A DNA stretch of 64,000 nucleotides, from assembly GCA_040954595.2 (NCBI GenBank), contig CM082594.2, positions 7,088,840 to 7,152,839 on the forward strand, in the 5' to 3' direction. The stretch is from Balanoglossus misakiensis. Lineage: Eukaryota > Animalia > Hemichordata. The position numbers and the translations under genes were made by a program. Each line of letters starts with the position of its first letter. Positions within the stretch are counted from its first letter, which is position 1. The notes under the pieces are model-generated. The model did not search any database and had not been told where the DNA came from. It saw only the letters and a list, made by a program, of their open reading frames with translations. This document shows, one piece after another, positions 60,901 through 64,000 of this stretch.

Positions 60901-63900
60901 GTTTCAGGATTGCAGTAGTTATACTGCCTGGAAATAAAACTTTACATTGATTGCAAAGATATTTCTCACTTCTAATGGATTATAATTGCAAATGGATTTC
61001 ATAGAGGACTACCATAGATTATGCATTCATATTTCATGCAGTGTTCAGGCCTTCAAGAATTGGGGTTTTGTTACATGTACTGATAAAGAAGATGACTGGC
61101 CAATAGGGACAGCGCCCTCAAGCTTGGAGCCGTTTGCAGTTTGGTACCAAGCACAGTGCGGTTGGTCTGTAAAACCTGGTGGTGAAAAGATTAAATAAAC
61201 GGTTTGAAGTCAGCGATCTGCCCTCTGCTTATGTTATACTGAGGATGGCCAATGCATTTGCTGGTTGAAAGATCTGCAAGTAGTTGACCTCGCCATGACC
61301 TAGAAAGCGTGAACACAGCACTGGTGCGAAATGCATCAGTGCATTAATATAGGAGTGCTGAGTGGTGCAAATATAACCCAAACTTCCAGAGATCTGTATC
61401 GGACCGTTTGCAGTCAAACATCGCACCTACACAGAAGCAGATTCCCATGAACGCATTAAAGGGTTCGGCTGCGGCAGAACAGCTTCAGTGGAGTGAAAGC
61501 GTAAAAGAAAGACTGCAACTGTTTTTTCTAATGTTTGCAAACTTTCAGCTCACACTCCGGTTGAGGACACAGTGAAATCCAAGTCTTGCGCGGCATTTCT
61601 GCCCGCCAAATAGCTCGCACGCACGCACACACGATGATCTGGCCGGATGCCGTGTCCACATTAATCAAACGCCCTGTACAGCGGCGTGTGCAGCAGTATA
61701 CACACTAATACGGCCGGACCCGGACGTAAATTTGCATCAGATGCTATCTGCCTCTGCCCTTGTCAGGTCACTGAAGTTTGTTTTCAATGTACCGAGAAGT
61801 TTTCAATAAACATGTGTGCTTGAATTACAAGTCTTGTTATCCTAACGCTAACTTGGCGACAAAATCTTTCATCTGATTCACTTGAGTTGTGTGTCTCTGT
61901 GTTTTTGCTATAACATTCTTCATTTACAATTCACAGGTACAAGTTTGCTCTAGACATTCAAATGACCTGTAGCGCATTCGCTGCCTGTTTATTGTTTAAA
62001 CTATCTTCTCCAAGAATTCCTTGAAATTTCACACATCTTTCAAGAACTTATACACAGGTTTTCAAGTCTCATGAGATGCAACAGTAGTTACATGTAAAAA
62101 AGTTGGCTATACTATATTTATTACAAAGAAAAAAGAATACAATATCACAATAGAGGAAATTCAGTGTTAATATTGGTGGGAGACCTCAAATACATGATAA
62201 GCACAGGAACTTGTATCAAAAGAATTGATTAGAGATCATTGGGGTCTGTCCATCATCGATCAAATGAACTTGGGATAAGAATCCAGAATTTGTTTGGCTT
62301 GACGATGTGTTACTGCATCTATGCCAGCTCATGCGTATGCAAATACAATCTGTGAGGTACTTGGTTAATGTAAGGTCACAGGAAGGTTTTGCGGGGCTGA
62401 TGACCTTGGCAAGTGGTGGACCCTGTATCTCTCCACATCACCAGATGTAATGTCTTCTGTATCAGCGTAGAAATATCAGGCACGGAATAGATATGTTCAG
62501 TTTGTAGGCGCGATAGCACGAGGATGCAGGCAAAGCCAGAAATCCTACCAGCCAAGTAGTTTTACTTTGAAGAGGCATGTTTAATGTTCTGTGAAACGGC
62601 TTTTAGTTGATGTAGTGAAAATGATGTGTTTTTCATGGTGGAGGCTGGAAATAATCGGGTGTGATCACAGTTTTTAATGGTGATGGGGCCATTGTGTTTA
62701 CTGTAGTTGCGACCAGCCCCATGCAGCCGGGATATTAAGTACATAAAAAGCAAGAGAGCATCTTTTTCTGTCGGAATTTCCATATTGTATAAAATATTGT
62801 GTCATCTACTGTACAGTGTAGAACAGTTTGATGCAGGTTTTGGTATGAGGAAAACAATGTTTTACGGTAGAACAAATAGTCGGTTCCTTGGCTCGCCTTG
62901 GCTAAGGACAATCCTAAGATGCCGGTAATCTTGGTGCTTAAAGGGAAGAGGACCCTGGCAGCGACTGGGCTGAGCTTTTAATGCGCTTCTTGTAAGATAC
63001 AGAGTACATGACACACGGGCAATGTATCGGTGACTAATAGATTACAATCCGGCTGTAAACAATGGCGAGGTCCCCATGCAAGATGACCTTCTACTGGAAA
63101 GGTCAGGACAAGTTATCGAAACCCCCAATCAACATCCTATAGCATTTCAGGACATTAATCCCGGGGTCTGATTGTTAGCTCTGAGTACCTACATCAGTTG
63201 TACGCTATCGTTGATGACGTTTTTTTCTCGCAGTTCGCGTGTCTGGGGGTTCGAGACCCTGTTTGAAGTTGGCTTTTAGTTTCTTATCTTTGTTTCTTGT
63301 TGCATGAAACTGTTTTCCTCTGCCAGTTTTTTTTGCTCCAGCTCATAGTCACATTTTCTTTGAAGTCCTGCCAAAATTGCAAAAATCTTAACCGTAAAAC
63401 CTACAAAAAGATGAAGTGCCTGCAGTGGGCATCCTTTTGGCTGTATGGTGACATCAAGAGTGGTTCGCCCACTGTCAATGCAATGGTGATGTTTTATGTA
63501 CATGTACAGACTATGCTGACAAGTTTCATGATTAGACTTTTGTAATTAAGTAGAACAAGAAACTTCACTTGAAATACAAAACTACTGAAAAACAAAAACA
63601 AAAGTGACAGCTGCTGGCCATTTACGGATGAAAAATCTTGTGTTTTACAATAAACAAAGTGAAATACTACATGGACGTAAAGTGCCTGACAGTACATCAC
63701 TGATCCGTAACCAGGTGATCATAAACACCTGACATAATCAGTCACCTGCATCCCTTGTATCCAAAAAGGCAATTTATTCTCATCTGTGGAGAGCCATGCA
63801 CTCAAGCCTGTTATACTGAAGTCTTACGATTTAATCAAGGCACTGGACGTTTACAGCTCACGGACGTGCGTCACAGCCCCACAATTGATCATTGCAAACT

Positions 63901-64000
63901 CTGCTTTTCATCTACGGACGTGTTTTGTTTTTACTCCAAGCGGACGGACAAAAACGCCCCGATTCCCACTTGTAGACCAGTGATGGTTTTTTTGTGTGTA

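Noticed and set aside
1-64000. tRNA, rRNA, snRNA, conserved miRNAs and autonomous transposon ORFs
   Set aside because: None recognised by eye; a covariance-model scan would be needed to exclude them.

Overview
This is eukaryotic, intron-containing animal genomic DNA. It looks like a marine invertebrate deuterostome (hemichordate- or echinoderm-like), but that is an impression from composition and gene style and is not proven. It holds five genes or gene parts. (1-2) Two convergent GT31 beta-1,3-galactosyltransferase paralogs, each with one coding exon (8889-10151 +, 15468-16727 -); their identity is patchy, suggesting gene conversion. (3) A 4-exon UDP-glycosyltransferase (23859-26233 -) in which both residues of the usual His/Asp catalytic dyad appear substituted. 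(4) A complete 13-coding-exon PCIF1/CAPAM cap-m6Am methyltransferase (30832-35896 -) with a YY1+ZNF143 promoter that is probably bidirectional and three uORFs. (5) The 5' part of an unidentified + strand gene whose signal-peptide-like coding exon (46900-46980) is followed by a probable intron of >17 kb. Repeats include a TTAA-flanked ~93-bp piggyBac-type MITE family (5 copies), a second TTAA MITE, a Helitron-like element with a triplicated palindromic 3' end, and microsatellites. I found no convincing wholly new system; the best leads are the UGT active-site substitutions and the B3GALT conversion mosaic. All alignments and counts were done by hand.
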